The translations under genes and the position numbers were made by a program. A stretch of 63,864 nucleotides of DNA, filler included, from Octopus bimaculoides (taxonomy: Eukaryota): assembly GCF_001194135.2 (NCBI RefSeq). It is 5 parts of 5 records of this genome, joined end to end, with 100 filler letters (N's around TTAATTAATTAA, not from the genome) between each part and the next. Parts side by side here need not be neighbours in the genome. Positions count along the whole stretch, not along the records: positions 1 to 23,177 come from NC_068999.1; 4 more parts are not named here. One strand, given 5' to 3'. The notes under the pieces were generated by a model. It was not told where the DNA came from. It saw nothing but the letters and a program-made list of their open reading frames with translations, and made no database searches. Each line of letters opens with the position of its first letter. The first letter of the stretch is position 1. This document shows positions 1 to 11,800 of this stretch, one piece after another.

Positions 1-1612
1 TTACTGAATTCTCGTAGGTTTGAGATAATGTGAGATAAAGCCTTTTTTCAAGTAAAAATATGGTGAAATTTTTGAGACTTCTTGATTTTTTTCAACGTTT
101 TAAGAGAAGTGTATATCTTAGTTTTTAACGATTTGGCGTCAGTAAGTAGCGACTCCGACATGAAAGGTGATATACAAAACAAACTACAGTGATTTGTCTT
201 CGGACAAATCATATTGACATTTATAAATCTTTGTTGGACAAGGAAAATTTTGATAATGAAAGTAATGAAAATGATATTGAAAACATTATGGCAACATGGT
301 TGAAGGTTACTACATCAACCACAATTCCTGATTTCACAGAAAATACTAGTCCACAATACAGTCTACCTCCTGATGCTCAACCATTGGGCTATTTATTTTT
401 ATTTCTACTGAAAAGTTGTTTTGAAACTGTTGCAGAGGAAACAAATGCTCAACACAATTTCTATTCGTGGAAGACCTAATCCACTATGGCAGTCAACTGA
501 TACTGCGAAAATTATGTTTGGTATCAAGCAGCTTCCTCAACTGTGGAACTACTGGAATCCTGATATAAGCTGTGGTGATCTATAAATCTCCAGCATTATG
601 TCTAACTATAGCTAATTCATATACTGTTTATGTAAAAAGCCACAAGGTACCTCCGCTACCAAAGAACTACAACCATTTGAAATTTCAGGTTGATATTGCT
701 TCTCAGTTACGTGAGAGCTTTTCTTCCAGAAAACACAGAACTGGGAGAAAAGCAAAATTAACTGAGGTAGATGTCAGAGAAAATATTGACTTCCATGAAT
801 TGGAAAAAATAAATCGAAGGAAAAACTGTGAAAGGACATCAGATCAAGACCTAATATATGTTTGTTTTACAAAGTGCCCTTGCGTAAAGGGTGCTTTGGA
901 CAGTTTCACGATAGAAATATGGCATAACTATATTTTGTTGTTTGATAGTAATACTATCCTATATTCCTTCAATTTTATTACAAATAATATGTGAAAGTGA
1001 GAAATACATATTAATTTTCAGTATGTTACACACCTGTATTCACCTTTGCCTCACCTGTTAATGAGCTTATTTTATTAGATGCATTCTGTTATGTAAATAT
1101 ACTCATTGAATAGTATAAGAGTACATAGCCAAAGGTATATTGACTTGTAAAAGAGTTTTGTACTTCAATTTCAATGAAAATGTTTGAATGAAATATAGAG
1201 AGAGAGTAAAATCTTGTACTGATTATACCTGTATTTTAATTAATTTAAATTAATGTACCTCATCTTGAAAAGTGGCAAAATTGTTGGTGGTTGACATCTG
1301 GGATAATTTTAGTAACAAATCAAACGGGTAAGATGCATTAAGAATTTCAATTTTAGTGTTTATCTATAATGTTATGGCTTTTACACCTGTTAAATTTACC
1401 TGCCCATAAAAGTCAAGCAAGATCAGCTAAATTTACATAACTATAATACACTAGTATATAAGCACTCACTGACAAAATTTCAAATTTGTACGTAAAAAAT
1501 TTAAAGTTACAAGCAAATATTGTGGACATCCTTCTTGAACCTGAGTAATTCAAAATAACATGAACAAATAAGCATTAGATTTGACAGATTAATCTGAACA
1601 CTAAAGGGTTAA
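1..1612 (+). mobile_element. Internally deleted piggyBac-like DNA transposon (transposase remnants ~189-990; right end GGG at 1606-1608 followed by TTAA)
   Basis: Broken frames give PGBD-like segments: FTENTSPQYSLPPDAQPLGYLFLFL..FETVAEETN, IMFGIKQLPQLWNYWNPD and ANSYTVY..HLKFQVDIASQL..HELEKINRRKNC. The element ends in ..CTAAAGGG|TTAA, as piggyBac does. The left end is not visible. Confidence 0.7.
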
Positions 1613-2389
1613 ATGGATGGAAGATAAGCTATGCATAAAGAAGTTATATAAACCACTATCATTGACTGACAACCCACGGTAAATGTTCAAAAATACTTAA
1701 AATTTACCTAAGGTAAATGTTTTAAAAAATACTTAAAACTTATTTCACCAACCAAACACATAAAAAAATTTAAGACAAAGGTAACTTAAAGTCAGGTCAC
1801 TGAAACTTACATCAAAACCAGGAAACCCTCATTACAGTATATGAACCAGTGATTCCTCAACTGGTAGTCCAATATTTAATTGACTTGTGAGAGGAAAATA
1901 TTCAGCTATCAGCTTCTTGTAACCTAGTTTCCTATTAAGGTCTATCAAGCTCCAAAATGCTTTAAATGTAAAATTGACTGAAAGCATGTCTATTTTTGTC
2001 CTTTAAAAGGTAAATGATTTTAGCCTGTGCCAACTAATAGACATAATTTGAAGAAAGAATCCATCTACAAAATAATCAAATACCTATGGAACAACAAATG
2101 CACTACCAAGCATCTGAAGAAAGCAAGAATTCAAAGAAATGATTATGGGTTTACCATTATACTAACAATCATAAATGCACCACTAATGCTCAGACAATGC
2201 ATAAAAACTGAGGACAGAAACTTTTGTGTAAATAAATATACAACTGCACAATCCTCTGATTAAGAAAGGCATTATCTGATGACAAAACAATTTTCCCATT
2301 TTGCACTAATAGAAAAGCATACACGTATGAAACATGACATATAATATGCTTTTGAAGAAAAAAAAAACACTACAAAATTAAAATTCACT

Positions 2390-3957
2390 CACTAGAGGAA
2401 TTCAAGACAGGTTGACCCTGGGAGCTCCTCTATGCTGATGACCTTGCACTAATTGCGAAGTCACTATCAGAACTAGAGGAGAAGTTTCAGGTGTGGAAGC
2501 AAGGACTAGAATCGAAGGGCCTTAGAGTCAACCTAGCTAAAACCCAAATCCTAATAAGTAGGAAGGTAGATAAAACACAAACCCCTTCAGGTAGATGGCC
2601 CTGCTCAGTATGTAGAAATGGTGTAGGTAGTAACTCTATAAGATGTACCCAGTGCAAGCTATGAACACATAAGAGGTGCAGCAATATCAAAGGAAGGCTA
2701 ACTNNNNNNNNNNNNNNNNNNNNNNNNNNNNNNNNNNNNNNNNNNNNNNNNNNNNNNNNNNNNNNNNNNNNNNNNNNNNNNNNNNNNNNNNNNNNNNNNN
2801 NNNNNNNNNNNNNNNNNNNNNNNNNNNNNNNNNNNNNNNNNNNNNNNNNNNNNNNNNNNNNNNNNNNNNNNNNNNNNNNNNNNNNNNNNNNNNNNNNNNN
2901 NNNNNNNNNNNNNNNNNNNNNNNNNNNNNNNNNNNNNNNNNNNNNNNNNNNNNNNNNNNNNNNNNNNNNNNNNNNNNNNNNNNNNNNNNNNNNNNNNNNN
3001 NNNNNNNNNNNNNNNNNNNNNNNNNNNNNNNNNNNNNNNNNNNNNNNNNNNNNNNNNNNGGATGTGTAATGTCAGTGTGCATACCTGACAGAGTGTAAGT
3101 ATCTTGAGAGAAAAGCTGAACATAAGAAGCATCAGTTGTGGTGCGCAAGAGAGACGATTGCGCTGGTATGGACATGTGGTGAGAATGGATGAGGATAGCT
3201 GTGTGAAAAAGTGCCACACCCTAACAGTTGAAGGAACCCGTGGAAGAGGTAGGCCCAGGAAGACCTGGGCTGAGGTGGTGAGGCAAGACCTTCGAACATT
3301 GGGCCTCACCGAGGCGATGACTTCTGACCGAGACCTTAATCCAAGGCCTGCCAGGGGTGTAGCCAGCCCACTTATGCGTACCTTTCCTACATTGGACACT
3401 AAACTCTGCTTATGAAGACTTGTTGAGGCAAGTGAAATCTAACTAAATTTGACGACTGGCACCTGTGCCAACATCGTCTCCTTCATTGGACACGAAACTC
3501 AGCTTGCGAAGACTTATTGCGGCAAGCGAAAGCGAAATCGGGATAGCACCCGTGCCCAGCGTCGCCTTTCTGGCACTTGTGTCCATGACATGTGTAAGGA
3601 TTTTCGAGCGAGATCGTTGCCAGTGCCCCTGGACTGGCTCTTGTGCGGGTGGCACATAAAATACACCATTTTGAGCGTGGCCGTTGCCAGTACCACCTGA
3701 CTGGCTTTCGTAGGATTTTCGAGCGAGATCGTTGCCAGTGCCCCATGACTGGCTCTTGTGCGGGTGGCACATAAAAGCACCCACTACACTCTCTGAGTGG
3801 TCGGCGTTAGGAAGGGCATCTAGCTGTAGAAACTCTGCCAAATCAGATTGGAGCCTGGTGTTGCCATCCGGTTTCACCAGTCCTCAGTCAAATAGCCAAA
3901 CCCATGCTAGCATGGAAAGCGGACGTTAAACGATGATGATGATGATGATGATGATGA
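2390..3957 (+). mobile_element. 5'-truncated RTE-type LINE (RT C-terminus, Cys-rich finger, 3' UTR, (GAT)n tail); interrupted by an N gap
   Basis: Translates to WELLYADDL and LESKGLRVNLAKT, a CSVC..CTQC..HKRC finger, and RRLRWYGHVVRM..RGRGRPRKTW. It ends in CATGCTAGCATGGAAAGCGGACGTTAAAC(GAT)n. Boundaries approximate. Confidence 0.85.
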
Positions 3958-3963
3958 CACACG

Positions 3964-6900
3964 TGGGGATGAAATGAACTGGAAGGAAAGTGCTGTAATG
4001 TCAACAGTTAAGGGGCCTCAACAGAACGGGAAGCAAGACCAAAGTCATTCTCTTTCAGCCTGGGGCAGTGGTAGACCGTATTTTATTCCACGCATTACAG
4101 TTTCCTTGTACCACAAGCTATTTCGGCTCTCATATATAAACATATTTGTCCATTGTTGTCCCCTTTCTGTGGCAAAGGAGATGTGATTACCTGGATCCAT
4201 AAGATCAAGGAGGTGGCTTGGTTACAAGGCATCAACGATATAGCAGGTCTCATGGCCCTGTATCTGGAATGAAGTGCATTGGCACTACCTCAAGATGGAT
4301 GAGGAAGACCAACTAAGCATGGCAAAGACCAAGCAGTGCTTGAGGGAAGCCTATACAGAGGGAATGTATGCCACATTTGCTAAGCTGAGAACGATCAGGT
4401 GGAGAGGGGAGCAGGTCGATGAGCCATGAAGGTTTGGAGACTGGCCATGCTATCCAGTTTTACCGGAGAGGGTCTAGAGAAGGTAACACGATTGGCCTTC
4501 ATAAATGGCTTTCCTGACTATCAATGTGACTGCAACAACTGCCAGGCAGTGAGAAAATGGCAATGAGCAAGCTCATCGCCCAAGCCTGTGTGTTAACACA
4601 AAACACCGGGCAGAAGGCAGTAGCAATGACAGCTGCCGAAGCCTGCGACATAATGCAATGACCAGTAAAGAATGAGGAGAAAATAAACTGCTGTGGAATG
4701 ACAGTGACCATTCATGGGCTGGTGTTTCAAGTGCCAGGGACCACACATGGCGAGGGACTGCACAGAGACAAAGCCTGGATCCGTTTGCAACCAGTGCAGA
4801 CAGACTGGGTATATCGCTTGAAACTGCAGCCAGGGAAAGGCATGGAGAAGTTGCTGCCTCTCAAACTTCCGCAGTGAGCAAGTAAAGGCACTCGTGCAGT
4901 CGGTGCCCATAGTTGAAGCCTTGGTTGGAGTAAAAGCTCAAATCCTTTGTGGATATAGGCTGTACAATGTCTCTCATGACCCCAAGGGTGACAAAAAAAT
5001 GGAAGGGGACGAGTAGTGATTGGGCAGTTGACAGCAGTGAAATTGGATCTAAGGGTAGCAGCTAAGTGGAGACAGCAGTGGTGGTGGGGGGCACAATACT
5101 GAGGCTGCAGGCAATTGTGATCAACCATGTGGTAGACAGAATTGACATGGACACGATCAACTGCCTTGGGGGTGTCAGTGGAGATGTAGTTTTGTTTGGT
5201 GGTGCAGGGGCGTTATGCGCTGGGCATCTGCAACATGAGAGGGGCCAGAGCTCCGCAGGTAATAGTACTGCTTACACCATTGAGGACAAAGATTTTTGAG
5301 TGGTGTTCAATGGTCAGCAGTGGACAGTAGAGTGGCGCTGGAAAGGGGAGTCCCCAATGCTAAAGAACAGGGTGAGCTGCTACCAGCAAACTTTGAAAGG
5401 ACATAACAATTTGAAGAAGTAGAGAGGTGGATTAAGGAGCGTGTCCTTATTCCATTAAAAGAGGAGGTGATGAGCGGAGTGCTATCACTAATGGCAGTGG
5501 TGCAGCCAACAAAGGACAAAGTCAGGCCAGGACTGAACTTTTGGGAGATGAATGGCCATGTATCATGCCACATGTGTGGCAAGGTAACTTACGTCTGCAG
5601 TGAGACGCTGCATGGATGGAGACAGATGACAAGCGTGGAAAAATTGTTCACTTGAAGTCAGCATATCTACAGCTCCATGTGAGTGAGAAACTTTGACAGG
5701 TGATGCGATATAAGGGCCAGACATACTGTTTGACTAGGCTGGGTTACAGGCTAATTTCTGCGCCAAAGATCATAGTGACAGTGCTCAAATCTATCCTGGG
5801 AAAGATAAAAAAGGCCACCAATTCCTATATAGATGATATTTTAGTAGCTGAGACTGCAGTATCTGCCACAGAGATCATAAAGTCATCTAAAGACGTCCAG
5901 ACTGACTGCAAAGTCACCGGAGCCAATGTTTGAAGGAGCTGCACTGGGGCTCAAGCTTCAAAGAGATAAAACAGGTGTATTGGTGTGTTGAAGAAGTAAT
6001 GAGATCCTGGAACCAGGTATCAGTGTCAACAGGTGAGAACTATTCTCGAGGTGTGGGAGACTAGTGAATCACTATCTAATTGCAGGGTGGCTTCAAACAG
6101 TGTGCACATCAAGAGATGAGCAGACAGGGAAGCCAAAGTGGGGGAGGGGATGGTAGTAATTATACAGGAGATCCAAGAGAGGGCAAGAGCAGCAGACCCA
6201 GTAAGAGAAAACTGGTACATGCCCAAATTGGAGAATGCTAGCAGCATAGTGACAGGGGTTGTTCTGGAAATTGGTGGTGTCGAAGTGGAAGATGCGGCCT
6301 GGCTTTGAAAAGCAGATGATTACAACCACAACAATGTGGAGGAGTTGGATGCAGTGCTAAAGGGAGTGAATCTGGTCCTGAAATGCGTTAGGCCATTGAC
6401 CCTGCTCTGGGTGTACATGGGCAGGGAAACATCTCGGTAGAGCACAACTGGAGACAACTGGCAATAGATGTGACACTACCGGCAGGGGATGCATCTCTCA
6501 ATGGTTGACTGTGGACCTGGTTGGATGGCCATATGGAGGGAAATGAAGACAAGCACTGCAGACGAGTATGTATCGTGACTGATATTCCTGGAGCGGGACT
6601 CCTGTGGACGAATTGCTGATGGACAACAGTCTTGCATTTCGTTTGGATATACTGAAGGAGATACTTGATAAGTAGAATGTGTACACTTCTTCAGAGTGGC
6701 ATACAAGCCGAACGGTAATGGGATCGTTGATAGATACCATCGCACAATCAAGGCCATGGTGGAGAGGGGATGCATCTCACCACTGTAAGTGGTATTCTGA
6801 TACAAAATATCACCCTGATCAGGACAAGCCAAAGAGTCCATACGACATAGAGTAACATTCAGATATGAATGGCCGCATCTGAGTAAACCATCAGAATGCC

Positions 6901-7458
6901 CTGCAGAAGAGAGTAGGCCTGCCTTCATGCAGGTAGGAGATGAAACCTGGGTTAAGCCCCTGAAGGTACACTGCACATCTCAATGGAACAGTAACGGCTA
7001 TTAATTCCAAAAATAATGTTTCTGAGGATGGAATGCTGCGTCATGTCTTGGATGTTCGCAGAATTGTTGTTTCATTGGACGACGACGGTGGAGGAGAGGA
7101 AGAGAACAAGGTTCCCTCCCTGCAGGGATCAGAGCGTGTGAGGCATCCACCCAAGTGGATGGCAGATTTTGACATGGAGTGAAGAGAAAAGGTGATCTTT
7201 GAGATCACAGGGACATGACCCTACATGAGATGAACCAGAAGGGCTGTGACATCAACAGTTGAGGGGCCCCACCAGAACAGGAAACAAGACTAGGATCATC
7301 TTCTTTCGACCTGGGGCAGTGGTGGTGAATGGACGTGAGTGGAGTGAGCGAGCGAGCAGGGATTGGTAGTAGCAGCTGTTAACATTAGGTGAGATGAGTA
7401 GGGCACATATTTGGACATAACACAGTTGGATAGCACATAACAGTTCCCTTGTACCACA
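3964..7458 (+). mobile_element. Degenerate compact Gypsy-type LTR retrotransposon (gag-PR-RT-RH-INT) with diverged terminal direct repeats
   Basis: Gag knuckles CFKCQGPHMARDC and CNQCRQTGYIA.NC; RT motif TNSYIDDILV; integrase-like WRQLAIDVTHY..LSMVDCGP..ELLMDN..AF. Direct repeats at ~3964-4115 and ~7215-7458 both end in CCTTGTACCACA. Many stops and frameshifts. Confidence 0.8.
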
Positions 7459-8792
7459 ATACACATTTACAGAGAAAGAGAGAGAACAGAACAGTATTCA
7501 AGAATATAGATAATGAAACCAAACTAGACTAAAACCTAGAGATGAAATAAAATGTAATAGAACATTGTTGAAAAGAAACCAAATCATTTCTTCATTTTAA
7601 ACCATAGGATTAAATATAGAGCCTAATAAAATAAGATTTGGAGCAACTAAATACTTCTCTAGTATATTTCAAGAAATCTTAATAAACTTATCATTAAGTG
7701 TCTTTGATGATATACTAAGGAATTACTGTGCTTTGGTGTTCATACAAGTAAAGGATTTAGTTCTGATGTGAATTGCCAAACAGAAAGTTGAAATAAAAAC
7801 AAAATATGAACAAGTATATGGTGTAATATTTATATGTATTCATTCTCACTGTGAAATTAGACAAACTACAAGTTATTTTTCAGCAGCTTGTATGAGGATC
7901 ACACTGAATATTTTTGCTGTTTTTTTGACTTCCCACAAATTATCAGTTTAATCTTATTTCCAAAGGAGGGGGGGGGAGGGAAGAAGTGGCCTAATTTCAG
8001 TGAGGTTGAATACATATGGCTTGTTTTAAGCTGTTCTGTTACTCTAACAATGTCATAATGCTAAGCTTGTAGCATTATGTGACTGAGTTATGCCTGGCAC
8101 AATATTTTTACATTTGAACAAATAGCTCTGTGCTAACAATGTTTAACAGATTTGAAAGAAGCTAATAATAAAATAGTGATGAACAGCAAGGACATTTAAA
8201 GTAGTTGGTTCAAACCTTATTCCAAGATTCTCCTAAAATCTTATAGTTTAACAAATGAGACCTAATATCCATAATCCATGCTGTATTATTAATTAGCAGA
8301 AAGTATAGTTAAATTACTGATTGTAATTTTTATAGTCTAAGAGTGAAAGAAATGAGAGAAAAGAGAAAAGAAAAACAAATATCTTCTAAAACAAAGTACT
8401 GGAATCATAGTGTCACAGTAAATGCCAATTAGCAACAGCAAAACAGTTTATACATTACTTCCCAGTCAATATTAACTAAAAACTTGAAAGCAAAAATAGT
8501 TATTACAAAGAAAAAATATAATAAATGGGCAATATGTACTCCACTTTAATCTTACTTAAACCACATAGAATGAACTAATAATAGATATTTCTCCTCTCTT
8601 GAAACTTCTACTCAAATTTCCCTCATTATCTCCCACTAGTTGCTCTTCATTTTCCTTAAATAGTTTGGCTGTTATTCTTTACCTTGCACATTCTCTTTTG
8701 CTTCTGAGTTACTTGCATGTTTTTATAGATTCATAAAATTACATGTGTATATTATTGTTATAAAAAATATATTTAGTAATCAAACAACTAAC

Positions 8793-8862
8793 CTCTGCAA
8801 CTAATACATTATGTTGTAGCTTTTTTCTGGCTTTCATGATCCTGACAATTGCAGCTTCAATC
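8793..8862 (-). CDS. CUL3: CUL3 exon: (E)[23 protein letters not shown]
   Basis: 70 nt, phase 2 to 0. It contains the IVRIMK neddylation-site motif. The donor is GTTAGT. The acceptor is non-canonical AT, preceded by the branch site TTCCTTGAC. Confidence 0.92.
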
Positions 8863-11800
8863 ATAGAGTTGGTCAAGGAAACTTATGGTCTTATTACAGT
8901 AACTAGTTCAATACCTGTTGCTTTGCAAGATGTTAAAATTTGGAAGTTAAATTGTCCATATAAAATGCTATCTTTAATATAAAAGCATATTCAGTTTAAA
9001 ATAGAAAGAGTCTTTGAAAGAATTAGAAAATTATAAACTTTACCCCTATTTTCATTTTCAGAAAAATAGATGCTTTATTATGTGCTTTTTAATTGGGTAA
9101 ATCATTGAAATTTAGGTTGTTTTTCTTATTATTGTATAACTAAAGACATATCTTTTATAAACTTTATTTCATATTTTGCAAACTCAGTTTATACATTGTA
9201 CAGAATTTACATTTATTTAGATGACCTCTCCATAAACTATGTTCCTAGTTAAAGTTCTTATTTTCATCATTATGATTGTGACCAGGCTAGGACATTACCT
9301 TTAAGATCCATAATGATCTGGAGCTTATTAGCTCTCTTTGTCAAACTGCATAAATGTAAACACAGGCATGAAAACATGCACATCATCAGTATCATCATTT
9401 CAAGTCTGCTTTCTATGCTAGCATGGGTTGTATGGATCATTGAATGCCTTGGTTTAGGTTTAACTCTTGGTTTCCTTTCTGCAGCTAGATGTCCTTCTTA
9501 TCACCCACTGCATGTTGTAACACCAACACCAGGGAAGTTAGCCTTCTAATGTTATGCTACAAAATCCTCACTATCTTATGATGTGTTTGTACCATCAAGT
9601 TTACACTCCAAAAGGGTGAAGGTCGCAAGAGTGTGGAGAGGAGAATGATAGATATTAGGAGTGAAGGTGGTTGATGGTATAAGAAATGCATTGTCATTAT
9701 TGTCATCATCAGTCAATAGGAAATTGCTATGTTACCAGGTTCTGCTTATGCTACATGCTACAAAATATTAGAGAGAGAGTGGTTTTTTACAAGTTATTGG
9801 CTGATCCATGGCTATAGTAGAAGACATGACTAAGGTGCCATGCAATGGAACTGAACATGGAACAAAGTAGTCGTGAAGCACGCTCCTTAACCATACAGTC
9901 ATGACTACACCTATGTATTACAAAATTTGCCAGTCAAAATTCCATCTTATTGGGAATTTTTCTTTTGCAGAATTAAAACTGCAAAAGAAGATAACTATTT
10001 CACTCCTATGTGTATTATATACTCCAGAGGGTGTCTTCTGAGAGCTGCTCATATTAAATCTGGCTCTTCAAACCAAAACAAAAAAAAAAATCTAAAATTG
10101 CAAAAGAATTTTAAAATTGACAACGAAAGGATATTCATGTTTTCGGTCTTCATCAACTTTATTCCGAGTCTCTTTACGCTCTGGTTCAGCCTCTCCTTTA
10201 TTGCCGGCCACTAAGTTAAAGAAAATCAAAATAATATAAATAAATAAATTACACCATGGAATATCATCATAGATTTTAGAACACACTGCAGTAATCACTT
10301 TTACTGAGTTATTTTGTAGACCTATAACCTGGTCATTGATGTTCAACCATATAGACATACAACATAAGGTTTTCATACCTGATAATAATAATAATTATTG
10401 TTACAGAATAATAACATTGTAAAAATGAATACAATAGTGTATGTATATCTTTAGACTATAATGATTCTACAACAATTCAATGAATACAATTTCATCAAAT
10501 CACTTGTCAAATAGTATAACTCAGAAATATAATGAAGAATCAACTAAAGTTAAAATGAGAATATTACCTGTTTGTATTTTAACTCTAAAAAGTTTAGATG
10601 TAAACTGGTCATTAACAGTAAAGATATGATCTGGTTCTAAAATAAAAATGAGAAAGATATAAAATAAGAAATAAATGTGACAAGCCAGAAATAAGCAATT
10701 ACTAGAATGCATCATCAATTGGAATAATATACTTATTAACATACTTATTGATTTTAAAATATCTTAAGATATTTTAAAATCAATAAGTACATTTCTAAAA
10801 CAGATTGGAATACATATAACAACCCCCACTAAAGTAATACTTATAAACATACATGAAGAATCTGGTCAAGAAAAAGAAACCCCACTCATCTGGAAAGAAG
10901 AAGCAAAAAAATGACAAATCAAGAGAAATTCAGTATTGTATTTGGAAGATTTGCATAGGGGAAAATTTAGCAATACTATTAAATTATAATTAAAAAAATA
11001 TCATATACATGTTTTTTATAATAAAATTAACTGGAGTCTAAGAGAAACCTATTCTTAGTGAAAGACACAAAATAAAAACTATTATATTATGACTATTTAG
11101 AACTACCACTCAAAAGTATGTGTACTCATGGGCTTTTCTATCTCACAATAATTAAACATATCTGTTTAATGTACTGGATAGATCTTTCTCATACTATAAA
11201 ACGAAATTAATTAACATGTAATCTACAATGGCTTTACTTAAAAAAACACTAGTTAGAGAATACTAAAGACAATGATTTCTGATTGTTACCATTCAATGAT
11301 TTCTGATTGTTACCATTCTATTTTCCTTCCGTCCAACATCACCAATGACTACCAGTACAGTTTCTGTGAGAGCCAGATTTATCAAAGACATGCTATACCA
11401 GCAGTCTCTCACCCACAGAACTTCACAATAAACAATAATGCTGCTTTTGGCATTAGCAAACCCCTCTTTTGTGCCTGATATGAAAACCTAGCCAAGCTGT
11501 TGACCTCCAAGTTTCTTATCACAAGTTTGTTGTCAGTCTACTCTATCATGTTATACACTGAAAGGGTTCTCTAATCCACATTCTATCACATATAATCTGA
11601 TGTACCTTAGGGTTTGGTTGTCTCTCATACACATCTTTCTGTTACTTTTAAACACATACACTCTTACATAGTTAAGACTACTCGTCACTCCTTAACCTTC
11701 CATATGTAATTGACATCTACAAGCAACTTACACATTTTTCACTCCAGACCCAACACTACTTCCACAAAAAGAGACCTTGACAACACCCTATAATGAGACC

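Noticed and set aside
2090-2260. Hydrophobic minus-strand frame (..VFMHCLSISGAFMIVSIMVNP) as PTCHD TM8
   Set aside because: Joining it to the phase-1 end of 12172 creates TAG, the frame stops right after, and no TM9-12 motifs lie nearby.
7899-8042. Minus-strand VTEQLKT... resembling the start of the CUL3 last exon
   Set aside because: There is no AG in the required phase (ttgttaga|GTA), and the sequence diverges after six residues with no LIEREYL..RKVY motif. The true last exon is probably outside the window.
10780-10890. Strong minus-strand acceptor (ttcttctttccag) followed by a hydrophobic peptide
   Set aside because: No frame gives PTCHD-like or CUL3-like sequence, and there is no convincing donor before the stops.
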